The notes: generated by a model from the sequence alone, not told the origin. Positions 9,809 through 20,507 are shown, counted from the whole stretch's first letter. The stretch is 62,903 nucleotides of DNA, filler included, from Deltaproteobacteria bacterium (GCA_030698575.1; 10 parts of 10 records of this genome joined end to end with filler, not necessarily neighbours in it); one strand, 5' to 3'. Made by a program: numbers and translations.

Positions 9809-10826
9809 TCGAATCGAGGTGCGAAGCCCCTGGTTCGAGGAGCTGAAGATCGGCCAGGTCTTCGACGACGCCCCGGCCGTCACGCTCTCTTCCGGCCACG
9901 CCGTGCTGCACGAGGCCGTGTTCGGCGACCGCCTGCGGCTTCCGCTGGACGCCGGCCTGTCGCGAGCCGTGACCGGCAGGGAAGAATCCCTCGCGAACCC
10001 CAATCTCGTCTGCAACCTGGCGATCGGCCAGACCACGGGTCCCTCGCAGCGCGTGATGGGGAATCTCTTTTACCGCGGGCTCGTGCTGCTCCGTCCCGTT
10101 TTCATCGGAGACACCCTGCGCACGACGACGAAGATCGCCGCGCTCCGGCAGAACCGCCCGAGGGAGGGGCGCGCCGCTTCGGGCATGGCCGTGTTCGAGG
10201 TTCATGTGGAGAACGCAAGCGGCGAGACGGTCATGCACTTCTGGCGCTGCCCGATGATTCCCTGCCGCGAGCCGCAGGCCGACACCGGCCACGCCGACGA
10301 TCTCGACGCCATCTCGCCCGATCTCGACATGGGGCGCGTCGAAGCGGCGGCGCCGGTGGACTGGCGTCTCGATCGGTTTCGCGAGCAGCTCCCTGGCGCA
10401 CACTTCACCGATATCCGCGAGGGAGCGACCTATGCGATCGAGGGGCGTGACACCGTGACCTGCGCTCCCGAGATCGCCCGCATGACGCTCAACCTCGCCG
10501 CCGCGCATACCGATGCCGCCGCAAGTCCCTACGGCCGCCGCCTCGTCTATGGGGGCCACACGATCTCCCTCGCCGCCGCGCAGATCACTCGAGCGCTTCC
10601 GAACCTCGTGACGCTCATCGCCTGGCGGAGCTGCGACCACACCGCGCCCGTGTTCGAGGATGACGCGCTGCGCACGGAGGTGACTGTCGACGCGAAGCAT
10701 CCGATGGGGCAGGGCGGCCTCGTCGATCTCCGGGCGAAGGTCTACGCGAGGCGTGGCAGCCAGGCCCCGGAGCCGGAGGACGATGTTCAGGTGCTGGACT
10801 GGCGGGTGATCGGGCTCATGGCCTGA
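9798..10826 (+). CDS. Double hot-dog MaoC-family acyl-CoA (de)hydratase
   Basis: Two MaoC-like halves (PWFEEL...PVFIGDTL; AHTD...VYGGHTI...HTAPVF); overlaps the citE-like stop. Confidence 0.8.
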   Translation: MPADRIEVRSPWFEELKIGQVFDDAPAVTLSSGHAVLHEAVFGDRLRLPLDAGLSRAVTGREESLANPNLVCNLAIGQTTGPSQRVMGNLFYRGLVLLRPVFIGDTLRTTTKIAALRQNRPREGRAASGMAVFEVHVENASGETVMHFWRCPMIPCREPQADTGHADDLDAISPDLDMGRVEAAAPVDWRLDRFREQLPGAHFTDIREGATYAIEGRDTVTCAPEIARMTLNLAAAHTDAAASPYGRRLVYGGHTISLAAAQITRALPNLVTLIAWRSCDHTAPVFEDDALRTEVTVDAKHPMGQGGLVDLRAKVYARRGSQAPEPEDDVQVLDWRVIGLMA

Positions 10827-10859
10827 GTGTGCGGAAAGCATCGAGGACGGATCGAATCG

Positions 10860-10888
10860 AAAAGGCGACGCAGTGGCGTCGCCTTTCT
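10860..10888. terminator. Bidirectional terminator between the MaoC gene and rpmB
   Basis: AAAGGCGACGC-AGTG-GCGTCGCCTTT perfect hairpin between convergent genes. Confidence 0.7.
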
Positions 10889-10921
10889 CCTATGCGCTCT
10901 CCGCTGCCCGCGGAGGCTTGC

Positions 10922-11143
10922 TCAGTTCGTCTTCAGGATGGCCGTTCGCTGAGGCGCCTTGGTCACGTGCCCCGAGCGCAGGCATCGGGTGCAGGCGCGG
11001 ATCCGCTTGACGGTTCCGTTCCGGATGGCCTTCACGCGCTGCACGTTCGCATCCCAGCGCCGGCGGGTGCGGTTGTTCGAATGGCTCACGTTGTTGCCGA
11101 AGGACGGCCCCTTGCCGCAGATTTCGCAAACCCTGCCTGCCAT
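10922..11143 (-). CDS. rpmB: 50S ribosomal protein L28
   Basis: [25 protein letters not shown]...CTRCLRS. Confidence 0.97.
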   Translation of the reverse strand: MAGRVCEICGKGPSFGNNVSHSNNRTRRRWDANVQRVKAIRNGTVKRIRACTRCLRSGHVTKAPQRTAILKTN

Positions 11144-11250
11144 CGAACACGCTCCTGAAGGGTCGAGGGGGACGGCCTCCGCGCGGAGGCTCTGGAATGA
11201 GGCGGCAATGTAGCAGAGGAGAGGGGGCCCTTCAACCCCTCGCCCCCGCC

Positions 11251-11314
11251 GTCATTGCGAGGAGCGAATCGACGAAGCAATCCCCTGGGCGCTGGCCGGG
11301 GGATTGCTTCGTCG
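11251..11314. repeat. GTCATTGCGAG-type palindromic REP-like element, locus 1
   Basis: GTCATTGCGAGGAGCGAATCGACGAAGCAATCCCC...GGGGATTGCTTCGTCG; homologous to 38119, 39429 and 58314. Confidence 0.85.
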
Positions 11315-11339
11315 GGCGTTTTCGAGGTAAACGTCCCGG

Positions 11340-12827
11340 TCAGACGCTGATCCGGTCGAGAATGCGGTTCGCGGCGGCGCGGGCGAGCTGGATTTCGCCG
11401 AGCAGCCCGAGGGCGGGATAGACGGCGCGCCCGACGACTTCGAGATTCGAGAAGGGCGGAAGCGCCCAGCCGAGAGGCGCTAGCGATCGTGTCGAGGCGG
11501 GCGCGTAGCGAAAGACGTCCTCTGCGAGCGGGTTCTGCAGCTCTTCGGGGGTGGGGCGCATCTCGATCAGCTCGTAGCGCCCCCCGGAGAAGTGCATGAA
11601 GCCGGCGATGTGGCGGCGAACAGCTTCGAGCAGCGACTCGGCGTAACCCTTCTCGGTCCGCAATCGGCCCAGATCGGCCGAGAGCGAGACCGCCATCGCG
11701 CGGTAGCCGTCCGGCGCCGAGCCCGGCTCCTTCTCGGGGCTCAGGTGAAAGCGCAGCAGGTTGTCCTCTTCGAGAGGCCGCGCCGGGTCGCCGACGAACA
11801 CCGCCTGGTCGGCCATTCCCACGGGAACGGCCTCGGCCTCGATCCCGAAGTGAAAGCTCAGATCAATCCGCGCGGGCAGGCACCCTTCGATCCTTGAAAC
11901 AAAACGCTTCGCCCTGAAAGAGTCTCCCATCCAGCGCGCCAATCGCTCCGGAGGCAGGGCGGCAATATAGGCCTTGCCGCGCACGGATTCGGCGCCGCCA
12001 CCGAGCACCACCTCTTCGATGCGGCGTCCCCGCGTTACCAGACGGCCGCTTGCGCCCTCCGTCTTCGCCGGGTCGATTTCGTAGAACGCGCCACGGAGCG
12101 CCGAGATCCGGTCGCGGAGAATTCGCAGGATCCCCCTGTCCCCGCCCGGGCAGGTGAAACCGCCACCCCGGAAGGCGGAGAGCGCCGTCGCGCCCTCCCA
12201 GGCCGACACCGCGTCGCCGTCCTGGTGCCCGAGCGCGAGGATCTGGCTCCTTAGAAAGGTCCTCACCGAGTCGTCGAAGTCGTAGCCGCCCGCCAGCTCG
12301 GAGATTCCCCGGTTGCGGTAGAAGGCAATCTCGGCGTGGTGCCGCCGTATGGCGCGGTCGAGCATCCAGCGCTGCCGCAGGCCGCGCGGGGGGATGCCGG
12401 GCTCGGTGGCCAGCAGATGCCGGACGGCGCGATCGATCCTTTCGATCTCCTCATAGAAGCTGACGAGCGAGAGCAGGTGCTGCGGGAACTCGCGCGCCAG
12501 CTCCTCCTTCAGGAGGTCGGGATCCGAATGCAGATCGACCCGCGCCCGCGGGAGGATAACCTGATAGGCGAACGGGAGAGGGCGAATCGATTTCTTGGCG
12601 ATGAGCGGAACGCCGATGTCGGTGAAGACGGCATCGACCGCCTGATGAGTGCTGAAGCCGAAGAGATGCGGCAGCCGTCGGAAGAAGGCGTAGGGGCCCG
12701 GCGAGTGGTCGCGCCCCTCCTCGTCGATGACGAGCACCCGCACGCGCCGCCGCGCCAGCAGCGCCGCCGCGACGAGACCCGCCGGGTTTGCCCCGAGCAC
12801 CACGACGTCGTAGTTGCCGTCAGCCAT
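11340..12827 (-). CDS. Phytoene-desaturase-like FAD-dependent oxidoreductase
   Basis: N-terminal YDVVVLGANPAGLVAAALLA Rossmann-like start; C-terminal FSNLEVVGRAVYPALG. Confidence 0.65.
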   Translation of the reverse strand: MADGNYDVVVLGANPAGLVAAALLARRRVRVLVIDEEGRDHSPGPYAFFRRLPHLFGFSTHQAVDAVFTDIGVPLIAKKSIRPLPFAYQVILPRARVDLHSDPDLLKEELAREFPQHLLSLVSFYEEIERIDRAVRHLLATEPGIPPRGLRQRWMLDRAIRRHHAEIAFYRNRGISELAGGYDFDDSVRTFLRSQILALGHQDGDAVSAWEGATALSAFRGGGFTCPGGDRGILRILRDRISALRGAFYEIDPAKTEGASGRLVTRGRRIEEVVLGGGAESVRGKAYIAALPPERLARWMGDSFRAKRFVSRIEGCLPARIDLSFHFGIEAEAVPVGMADQAVFVGDPARPLEEDNLLRFHLSPEKEPGSAPDGYRAMAVSLSADLGRLRTEKGYAESLLEAVRRHIAGFMHFSGGRYELIEMRPTPEELQNPLAEDVFRYAPASTRSLAPLGWALPPFSNLEVVGRAVYPALGLLGEIQLARAAANRILDRISV

Positions 12828-12882
12828 CGCTCTCTCCGACGCCCCTCCGGCACCCTCTCGAGCGCGGACCGGGGTTGCCAGG

Positions 12883-13575
12883 TCAGTTCTTCCCGCTTCG
12901 ATCGTCCGGCGGGGGGTTCACCAGCGCGGTCTCGATGATACCGGCGTCCCGCACGCTCACCCGCCGACCCTCGATCTCAATTCGGCCCTCCGCGAAAAGC
13001 TGGATCGCGGCAGGGTACATCCGGTGCTCCTGATCAAGAATGCGCGCCGCGAGCGAGGCCGGCGTGTCATCCGGGGCCAAGGGCACCACGGCCTGGATCA
13101 CGATCGGGCCGGTGTCGCATCCCTCATCCACCACGTGAACAGTGCAGCCCGAGAAACGCACGCCGTGCTCCAGCGCCTTTCGCTGAACGTCGAGCCCGGG
13201 GAACGCCGGCAGCAGCGACGGATGGATGTTCAGCATCCGCTGCGGAAAGGCGTTGATTACGACCGGCGTCAGGATGCGCATGAAGCCGGCCAGACACACC
13301 AGCTCAACCTCGTGCTCCCTCAGGATCTCCACCAATCTTACGTCGAACTTCTCGCGTGAGGCGAAGTTCTTCTTCTCGATTACCACGGCCGGCACGCCGG
13401 CGCGCCGGGCCCGCGCGAGCGCGAAGGCCTCGGGCTTGTCCGAGATCACGACAACCACCCGGGCGTCGATCCCCCCGCTCGCGGAGGCGTCGAGAATCGC
13501 CTGGAGGTTCGAGCCGTTTCCGGACGCGAGGACGCCGACCCGGAGCGGCGACTCGCGGCGCGCGGCTCCGCTCAC
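12883..13575 (-). CDS. purN: Phosphoribosylglycinamide formyltransferase
   Basis: [27 protein letters not shown] and GCTVH motifs. Confidence 0.97.
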   Translation of the reverse strand: MSGAARRESPLRVGVLASGNGSNLQAILDASASGGIDARVVVVISDKPEAFALARARRAGVPAVVIEKKNFASREKFDVRLVEILREHEVELVCLAGFMRILTPVVINAFPQRMLNIHPSLLPAFPGLDVQRKALEHGVRFSGCTVHVVDEGCDTGPIVIQAVVPLAPDDTPASLAARILDQEHRMYPAAIQLFAEGRIEIEGRRVSVRDAGIIETALVNPPPDDRSGKN

Positions 13576-14630
13576 AGCGCGCGCCCTCCCTCGAGAAGCG
13601 TTACCGAAGGCGGTCCCTCGCCGGCTTCCACCTCGCCGATGATCGAGACCTGCTCGCCCGCCTCCTCGAGAACGGCCGCCGCCTCACGGGCGCGATCCGC
13701 CGATACGATGACGGTCATGCCTATCCCGCAGTTGAATACCCGGTACATCTCATGCGCCTCGATGGCGCCCTCACGCTGCAACAGATCGAAGACCGGCGGC
13801 CGGGCCCAGCTCTCGGTGTGAAGGACCGCGCGCGTTCGATCGGGCATCGCTCTCGGTACATTGCCCGGAAGCCCGCCGCCGGTGATGTGCGCCAGCCCCT
13901 TGACGGGGACCCGGGCCAGCAGGGCGCCGAGGGAACGGGCGTAGATGCGCGTGGGGGTGAGCAACACCTCCCCGAGCGGCGCGTGAAGCCCCGGCGGTGG
14001 CGCGTCCAGCGGAAGCCGGGCGCGTTCGAGAAGCGCCTGTCGAGCCAGCGAGAACCCGTTCGAATGAAGTCCGCTCGAAGCGATGCCGAGGATGGCGTCC
14101 CCCGGCGCCACGGTCTCTCCCGTGACAATTTTTTCGCGCTCGACAACACCGACCGCGAATCCGGCCAGATCGTATTCGCCGGACGGATAGAAGCCCGGCA
14201 TCTCCGCCGTCTCGCCGCCGATGAGCGCGCACCCCGCCTGGCGGCATCCCGCGGCTATTCCCTCGATGACCGAAGCGGCTGCTTCCTCGTCGAGCTTGCC
14301 GGTTGCGAAGTAATCGAGGAAGAAGAGCGGTTCGGCGCCATGAACAGCGATGTCGTTCACGCACATGGCCACGAGATCGATGCCGATGGTGTCGTGGCGG
14401 CCCGTGAGAAAGGCGATCTTGAGCTTCGTCCCCACGCCGTCGGTTCCGGACACCAGGACGGGCTCACGGTACTTACCGGGGGGAAGCGCGAAGAGCCCGC
14501 CAAATCCCCCCAGATCGCCCACTACCTCCGGACGGAAGGTGCCCCGGACAGCCGTCCGCACGCGCCGGATAAGCCGGTCCGCTGCGTCGATATCCACGCC
14601 TGCGGCCTTGTAATCAAGGGGTTTCTTCAA
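13572..14630 (-). CDS. purM: Phosphoribosylformylglycinamidine cyclo-ligase
   Basis: [25 protein letters not shown] and SSGLHSNG motifs; TTG start. Confidence 0.97.
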   Translation of the reverse strand: MKKPLDYKAAGVDIDAADRLIRRVRTAVRGTFRPEVVGDLGGFGGLFALPPGKYREPVLVSGTDGVGTKLKIAFLTGRHDTIGIDLVAMCVNDIAVHGAEPLFFLDYFATGKLDEEAAASVIEGIAAGCRQAGCALIGGETAEMPGFYPSGEYDLAGFAVGVVEREKIVTGETVAPGDAILGIASSGLHSNGFSLARQALLERARLPLDAPPPGLHAPLGEVLLTPTRIYARSLGALLARVPVKGLAHITGGGLPGNVPRAMPDRTRAVLHTESWARPPVFDLLQREGAIEAHEMYRVFNCGIGMTVIVSADRAREAAAVLEEAGEQVSIIGEVEAGEGPPSVTLLEGGRAL

Positions 14631-14944
14631 CGAAGCGCTCCCGTGCCGGGATCCTGGCGCAGGGCGAACCCCGCCGATGGAGGTCCGCCGGGTGGTGCAC
14701 CGGGCAGTTCCAGGCTAAGCAGGTGGCAGCGGGGAGGCGGGTTTCTCCCGGGCGCATGCGCCGCCCGGGAGGGTCGGCACGCCCGAACCTACCGCGGAGG
14801 CGCTGCGAAATCAAGCGGGAAGGCGCCTGCCGGGGGGCGCCGCAAGCGCTTCCCGCGGAGGAAACCTTTCACGCCGGGGCTCATCCAAACCCCCGGCCCC
14901 GCTGACCGCTCGACAATCGAACTTGCCACGGCTGGAGAAGAACA

Positions 14945-15749
14945 TTGCGCGCGCGTGTATCCTTGTTTTCTAAAGTGTTTTCTAAAGTGTTTTCTTTTGT
15001 GACCTCTCTCGTGCTGGCGACCCTCATCGGTGTTCTCGGCTGCCCGGGCCCGAAAGAGGCCGCAATCGCCGAGGCGCCCCCGGAGCCCGTTGTGGCCCCT
15101 TCCGATCAGGCCGTGCCCAGCGGGGCGTGGTTCGACGACACCCGCTACGCAGAGCTTCTCGATCGCCACACGCGCGTCGGCGCCATCGGGGGCGTGGAGG
15201 TCACGGCCGTTGACTACGCGGCCTTGAGCGCCCAGGCCGGCGATCCGGATTCGCTCTACCGGAAGGTGCTCGCCGACTTCAGCGCCGTCAATCCAGCGGC
15301 GCTTCCCGATGACGAAGCCCGGAAGGCCTTCTGGATGAATGCCTACAACATCGGCGCCATCAAGATGCTCGTGGATCACTGGCCCGTCGAAAGCATCACG
15401 AGCCGTAAGATCAACATTCTGGGCAGCCCCTGGAAGAAGGAGATCATCGAGATCGGCGGCGAGCTCCGCTCGCTGGACGAGATCGAGCATGGAATTCTTC
15501 TGGGCGAGATGCGGGAGCTGCGCACCCACTGGGCCATCGTCTGCGCGTCGGTGAGCTGCCCCAGCCTTCGCCGGGAACCCTTCAGGGCGGGGACCCTCGA
15601 CGCCCAGCTCGCCGCGCAGGCCCGCGGCTTCTTCAACGAGCCGCGGAAGGGCGCCCGCGTTGATCGTAAGGAAAACAAACTTTGGGTCACGAAGATCTAC
15701 AAATTCGATCAGAAGAACTTCGACACCCTGGGCGGGGGGATCGGCAAGG
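14945..15749 (+). CDS. DUF547 domain lipoprotein, 3' truncated, start uncertain
   Basis: Lipobox-like VLGC, VDYAAL, AFWMNAYN, SLDEIEHGIL and HWAIVCASVSCPSL motifs. Confidence 0.85.
14964..14995 (+). repeat. 12-bp tandem repeat (TGTTTTCTAAAG) x2.7
   Basis: Exact AT-rich direct repeats at 14964, 14976 and 14988 (partial). Confidence 0.9.
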
Positions 15750-15850
15750 NNNNNNNNNNNNNNNNNNNNNNNNNNNNNNNNNNNNNNNNNNNNTTAATTA
15801 ATTAANNNNNNNNNNNNNNNNNNNNNNNNNNNNNNNNNNNNNNNNNNNNG

Positions 15851-16471
15851 GCGGCCGATGCAGCCCGTGCGGCCGGTGCGCAGGTTGCTCTCGTCGTTCG
15901 CGCCGAGGTCATTCGCGCCCCTGCCGCGCCGCCGTCGGGGCTCGACAGCACCGATGCCTTGATCCGGGCTGAAGCCTATCGCTCGCCTGACGGTGCGCGC
16001 CTCGCGACGGCGACGACGCGCGTGACGGGCGCGGGGCGGAGCCCGGCGGAGTCCGACGCAGAGGCCCTGGCCCACGGGGCGGAGCCGCTCGCCCGCGCGC
16101 TCGAGGGCCCGCTCCGCAGTGGCGTTGTGCGGCCCGTCCAGGAGCCGCGCCCGATGCCGATCGTTCTCGAGGGGCGGCTCGACTGGCGCGGCTACCAGCA
16201 GGCCGTCGCGATCATTCGCGAAACGCTCCCCGAGATCGACGCGCTGGAAGAGAGGCGGTTCGCAGCCGGCAGATTCACCCTGCAGGCTGTCTGCGGGTGC
16301 GAGCCGGAAGAGGCGGCGCGCCGCCTTGACGGGACGGCGCGAGGCGGCCTTCGCCTGACTGCTTCGAGTGAAGGCGGCACGCTGCGCGTGCGCGCGGCGC
16401 CCTCTGCATCTCCGGACGCAGCCTCCGGGTCGGCGGCCCCGGGTGTCGCGGGACGGGACACGCTGCCATGA
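15851..16471 (+). CDS. Hypothetical protein, 5' truncated
   Basis: Frame open from contig start; stop overlaps the next ATG (ATGA). Confidence 0.6.
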   Translation, partial: AADAARAAGAQVALVVRAEVIRAPAAPPSGLDSTDALIRAEAYRSPDGARLATATTRVTGAGRSPAESDAEALAHGAEPLARALEGPLRSGVVRPVQEPRPMPIVLEGRLDWRGYQQAVAIIRETLPEIDALEERRFAAGRFTLQAVCGCEPEEAARRLDGTARGGLRLTASSEGGTLRVRAAPSASPDAASGSAAPGVAGRDTLP

Positions 16472-17007
16472 CCATCCCGAACGCAATTACTATTTTACGC
16501 ATTCTGCTCGTACCTCCCTTCGTGATCTATCTCCTGCGGGGGCAGTACGCGGGCGCGCTGATCATCTTTGCCGTCGCGGGCATCTCTGATCTCATCGACG
16601 GCTACATAGCCAGGCGTTTCAGGCAGCAGTCCAAGATCGGGGCCTTCATCGATCCGCTGGCCGACAAGCTCCTAGCGGGGACGGCCTTCGTTCTGCTCGC
16701 GACCGAGAAGATCATTCCCGACTGGCTCGCGGTGATCGTGATAAGCCGGGAGGTGGTGATCGTGGGGGGGCTTTACCTGCTCTCGCTCCTGGGCGCGCAG
16801 ATCACCATCGCGCCGAGCCAGACGGGAAAACTCAACACCGCGGTCCAGCTGAGCACCGTCTGCCTCTGCCTGCTCGCGAGTGTCGAATCGCTCGGCATCC
16901 CGGCGGGCTTCGATCGTTTCCTCGAGGTGCTTTTTCTCGTGACGGCCGTGACAACGGTGATTTCGGGTTTCCAGTACCTTCGGCGGGGCCTGCGCATGGT
17001 GCCGTGA
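16468..17007 (+). CDS. CDP-alcohol phosphatidyltransferase (PgsA-like)
   Basis: IPNAITILR, SDLIDGYIAR and GAFIDPLADKLL signature. Confidence 0.92.
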   Translation: MTIPNAITILRILLVPPFVIYLLRGQYAGALIIFAVAGISDLIDGYIARRFRQQSKIGAFIDPLADKLLAGTAFVLLATEKIIPDWLAVIVISREVVIVGGLYLLSLLGAQITIAPSQTGKLNTAVQLSTVCLCLLASVESLGIPAGFDRFLEVLFLVTAVTTVISGFQYLRRGLRMVP

Positions 17008-17031
17008 GAGGTTCTGTCGGCAAATTACGGC

Positions 17032-17062
17032 TTGACAGGGATCGGGCGAATAAGTATAGATT
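17032..17062 (+). promoter_or_regulatory. Sigma70-type promoter for tRNA-Val/thrS
   Basis: TTGACA at 17032, 17-bp spacer, TATAGA(TT). Confidence 0.65.
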
Positions 17063-17114
17063 ACGGGTATTTAAGACGTTCTGAGGCGCCCCTCGGGGGC
17101 GCCCAGGTATTCCC

Positions 17115-17189
<75 letters not shown>

Positions 17190-17310
17190 TTTTTGCTTCT
17201 CGCGGCCCATTTTTCCACGAGATCTTCGCACCTTAGCGAACGGTCGCCTGCGGCCTGCCGCGCGCGTTCCAGTGAGGGGAACCCATGCTCCGGCCGGAGC
17301 CCAGACGTTC

Positions 17311-19224
17311 ATGCCTGACATCCGTGTAACCTTTCCCGACGGTGCCGTCAGGACCTTCACGAAGGGGGTGACGCTCCAGGCCATCGCCGAAGCGGTGGGC
17401 CCGCGACTGGCGAAGGACGCGGTGGCCGGGAAGATCGACGATGAGATCGTGGATCTCAGCCAGACGCTGGATCGCGATGCCCGGGTGACCATCCTGACGC
17501 CCCGCGACCCGGAAGGGCTCGAGGTCTACCGGCACTCATCGAGCCATCTGATGGCCTACGCGGTGAAGGAGCTCTTCGAGGACGTCAAAGTCGCCATCGG
17601 GCCGGTGATCGAGAACGGGTTCTACTACGACTTCGACACCTCCCACGTTCTCACGCCGGAGGATTTCCCGGCGATCGAGAGCAAGATGAAGGAACTGATC
17701 GCGCGCGATCTTCCCTTCGAGCGCGAGGTTGTCCCGCAGGCTGACGCCCTCAGGTTTTTCGAGGAGCGCGGCGAAACCTACAAGAAGGAGATCGTCGAGG
17801 GTCTCGACGAGCAGATCACGACCTACAGGGTGGGGGACTTCGTGGATCTCTGCCGCGGCCCCCACGTCCCCTCGTCGGGAAAGATCAAGGCTTACAAGCT
17901 CACCGGGGTGGCGGGAGCGTACTGGCGTGGCTCCGAGATGAACCCCATGCTCCAGCGCCTGTACGCGACGAGCTGGCCCACCAAGAAGGAGCTGGACGAG
18001 CACCTCGAGCGGCTCGAGGAGGCCAAGCGCCGCGATCACCGGCGCCTCGGGCGCGAGCTGGAACTGTTCAGCATCTCGGAGGAGCTGGGTCCGGGACTCA
18101 TCCTCTGGCATCCGAAGGGCGCGCGCGTCCGGAACATCATCGAGGACCACTGGCGAAAGGAGCACTACCGCCACGGCTACGATCTGGTCGCATCGCCGCA
18201 CGTCGCCAAGCTCCAGCTCTGGGAGACGAGCGGGCACACCGCCTTCTACCGTGAGAACATGTACTCTCCGATGGAGGTGGACGAGACGAAGTATCTCGTC
18301 AAGCCGATGAACTGTCCCTTCCACGTTCAGATCTTCGGCACCAAGACACGGAGTTATCGCGATCTCCCCTTCCGCTGGGCGGAGCTGGGGACGGTCTACC
18401 GCTACGAGCGGTCAGGGGTTCTGCACGGGCTCATGCGGGTGCGGGGTTTCACGCAGGACGACGCGCACATCTTCTGCCGGCCCGACCAGCTCGAGGATGA
18501 GATCGGCACGGTCCTTCAGTTCGTCTTCTCGATGCTCCGGACTTTCGGCTTCGAGGAGTACGAGATCTTCCTTTCGACACGGCCCGAGAAGTACGTCGGC
18601 TCGCTCGACGACTGGGAACATGCCACGGGCGCCCTCGAGGCCGCCCTGAAGGGCCTCCGGGTCGAGTTCGCGGTGGATCCGGGCGAGGGGGTCTTCTACG
18701 GGCCGAAGATCGACATAAAGATCAAGGACTGTCTCGGGCGCTCATGGCAGTGCTCGACTGTGCAGGTCGATTTTAACAACCCCGAGCGGTTCAACCTGGG
18801 CTACGTTGGCAGCGATGGCGAGCAGCACCGCCCCATCATGGTGCACCGCGCGCTGCTGGGCTCGATCGAGCGGTTCTTTGGAATCCTGATCGAGCACTAC
18901 GGCGGCGCCTTCCCGCTCTGGCTGGCGCCGACGCAGGTGCGCGTGCTTCCCGTGTCGGAGAAATTCGAGGAGTATGCGCGGAAGGTCCACAAGCAGCTCA
19001 TCGAGGCGGACGTTCGCTCGGAACTCGACGACCGGAACGAGAAGCTTGGCTTCCGCATCCGGGAGGGGGAGCTTCAGAAGGTCCCCCTCATGCTCATTCT
19101 GGGAGAGCGGGAGCAAGAGGCGGAAAACGTAACTTACAGGGAGCGCGGCCGGGGAAAGCAGGCGACCACGGGGCTCGAGGAGCTGGTTACTCTCGTCAAG
19201 GAGCGCGAACAGCAGCGCCAGTGA
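17311..19224 (+). CDS. thrS: Threonine--tRNA ligase
   Basis: TGS domain, RHSSSH, DLCRGPH, KPMNCP, RVRGFTQDDAH and FYGPKID motifs. Confidence 0.98.
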   Translation: MPDIRVTFPDGAVRTFTKGVTLQAIAEAVGPRLAKDAVAGKIDDEIVDLSQTLDRDARVTILTPRDPEGLEVYRHSSSHLMAYAVKELFEDVKVAIGPVIENGFYYDFDTSHVLTPEDFPAIESKMKELIARDLPFEREVVPQADALRFFEERGETYKKEIVEGLDEQITTYRVGDFVDLCRGPHVPSSGKIKAYKLTGVAGAYWRGSEMNPMLQRLYATSWPTKKELDEHLERLEEAKRRDHRRLGRELELFSISEELGPGLILWHPKGARVRNIIEDHWRKEHYRHGYDLVASPHVAKLQLWETSGHTAFYRENMYSPMEVDETKYLVKPMNCPFHVQIFGTKTRSYRDLPFRWAELGTVYRYERSGVLHGLMRVRGFTQDDAHIFCRPDQLEDEIGTVLQFVFSMLRTFGFEEYEIFLSTRPEKYVGSLDDWEHATGALEAALKGLRVEFAVDPGEGVFYGPKIDIKIKDCLGRSWQCSTVQVDFNNPERFNLGYVGSDGEQHRPIMVHRALLGSIERFFGILIEHYGGAFPLWLAPTQVRVLPVSEKFEEYARKVHKQLIEADVRSELDDRNEKLGFRIREGELQKVPLMLILGEREQEAENVTYRERGRGKQATTGLEELVTLVKEREQQRQ

Positions 19225-19323
19225 CGAGGGAACCTATCCACGATGACGGGCGTCGAGGACACGAGGGAGCTTGCATGCGGAGCGCGACCACTGGCCTAAG
19301 CCCGTAGCCAATAGGAGGAGGTC

Positions 19324-19839
19324 ATAGCAAAAGAAGTTCGAGTCAATCGAAAGATCCGCTCGCGCGAGGTTCGCGTAATCAATCACGACGGAACGCAGCT
19401 GGGAATCATGCAGATCGACGATGCTTTGGAGACCGCCGATCGCGAGAGCCTCGACCTCGTCGAGGTTTCGCCGAACGCTGCCCCGCCCGTTTGCCGGATC
19501 ATGGACTACGGAAAGTACAAGTACGAGCAGAAGAAGAAGGCGAGCGATGCCCGGAAGAGCCAGCACGTCACCCATTTGAAAGAGGTGAAGTTCAGGCCCG
19601 GCACGAGCATGCACGACTTCGACTTCAAGCTCAACAACGTCAGGCGGTTTCTGAAGGAAGGGCACAAGGCCAAGATCACCATTACCTTCCGAGGGCGGCA
19701 GATCGCCTATCCGGATCTGGGCCGCAAGCTCCTCGGGCGCGTTGCCGAAGCCACGAAGGAGGAAGCCGTCGTCGAACAGTATCCGCGGTTCGAGGGGCGG
19801 AACATGACGATGATCCTGGCGCCGCCATCCCAGAACTAA
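19324..19839 (+). CDS. infC: Translation initiation factor IF-3 with non-canonical ATA start
   Basis: AGGAGGAGG then in-frame ATA at 19324, restoring the conserved RVNRKIRSREVRVI N-terminus; PPVCRIMDYGKYKYE. Confidence 0.95.
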   Translation: MAKEVRVNRKIRSREVRVINHDGTQLGIMQIDDALETADRESLDLVEVSPNAAPPVCRIMDYGKYKYEQKKKASDARKSQHVTHLKEVKFRPGTSMHDFDFKLNNVRRFLKEGHKAKITITFRGRQIAYPDLGRKLLGRVAEATKEEAVVEQYPRFEGRNMTMILAPPSQN

Positions 19840-19865
19840 CGTCTCAGCCCTGATAAGGAAAGCAC

Positions 19866-20063
19866 ATGCCGAAGATCAAGACGAACCGTGGGGCCGCGAA
19901 GCGTTTCAGGAAGAGCGCCAGCGGCAAGCTGAAGCGCAAGCGCGCTTTCCAGAGGCATATTCTCACTTCGAAGTCGTCCAAGCGGAAGCGGGCAATGCGC
20001 AGGCCCCAGTACGTGGCGGCTGCCGACGAGAGGAACATCAAGAAGCTGCTCCCGTATCTCTGA
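19866..20063 (+). CDS. rpmI: 50S ribosomal protein L35
   Basis: [14 protein letters not shown]; position after infC. Confidence 0.98.
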   Translation: MPKIKTNRGAAKRFRKSASGKLKRKRAFQRHILTSKSSKRKRAMRRPQYVAAADERNIKKLLPYL

Positions 20064-20114
20064 GGGGGCCGCGCCGGGGCGACGCTCCGGCCGCCAGGAA
20101 GGGGAGTCAGGACC

Positions 20115-20480
20115 ATGCCCAGGGTAAAACGCGGCACGAAAGCCCGTGCCCGAAGAAAAAAGGTGCTGAAGGAGGCGAAGGGTTACCGGGGAGCGCGTTC
20201 CCGGCTCTACCGGACCGCCACCGAGGCCGTGGACAAGGCGGGGGTCTATGCCTACCGCGATCGGCGCGTGCGAAAGCGCAACTTCCGCGCGCTCTGGATC
20301 ACGCGCATCGGCGCCGCGGCGAAACAGTGTGAGACCAACTACCGCGACCTGATCCACGGTCTGGCGCTCGCAAGCGTCCAGCTCGATCGCAAAGTCCTCG
20401 CAGACCTTGCCGTGAAGGATCCGGACACTTTCCGCGCGCTCGTAGAGGTCGCCATTCACGCGAATCGATCGGCGGCCTGA
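20115..20480 (+). CDS. rplT: 50S ribosomal protein L20
   Basis: MPRVKRG...AKGYRG...YAYRDRR...LWITRI. Confidence 0.98.
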   Translation: MPRVKRGTKARARRKKVLKEAKGYRGARSRLYRTATEAVDKAGVYAYRDRRVRKRNFRALWITRIGAAAKQCETNYRDLIHGLALASVQLDRKVLADLAVKDPDTFRALVEVAIHANRSAA

Positions 20481-20507
20481 GCCCATCCGCTCCGGCGGGA
20501 CACGGTC

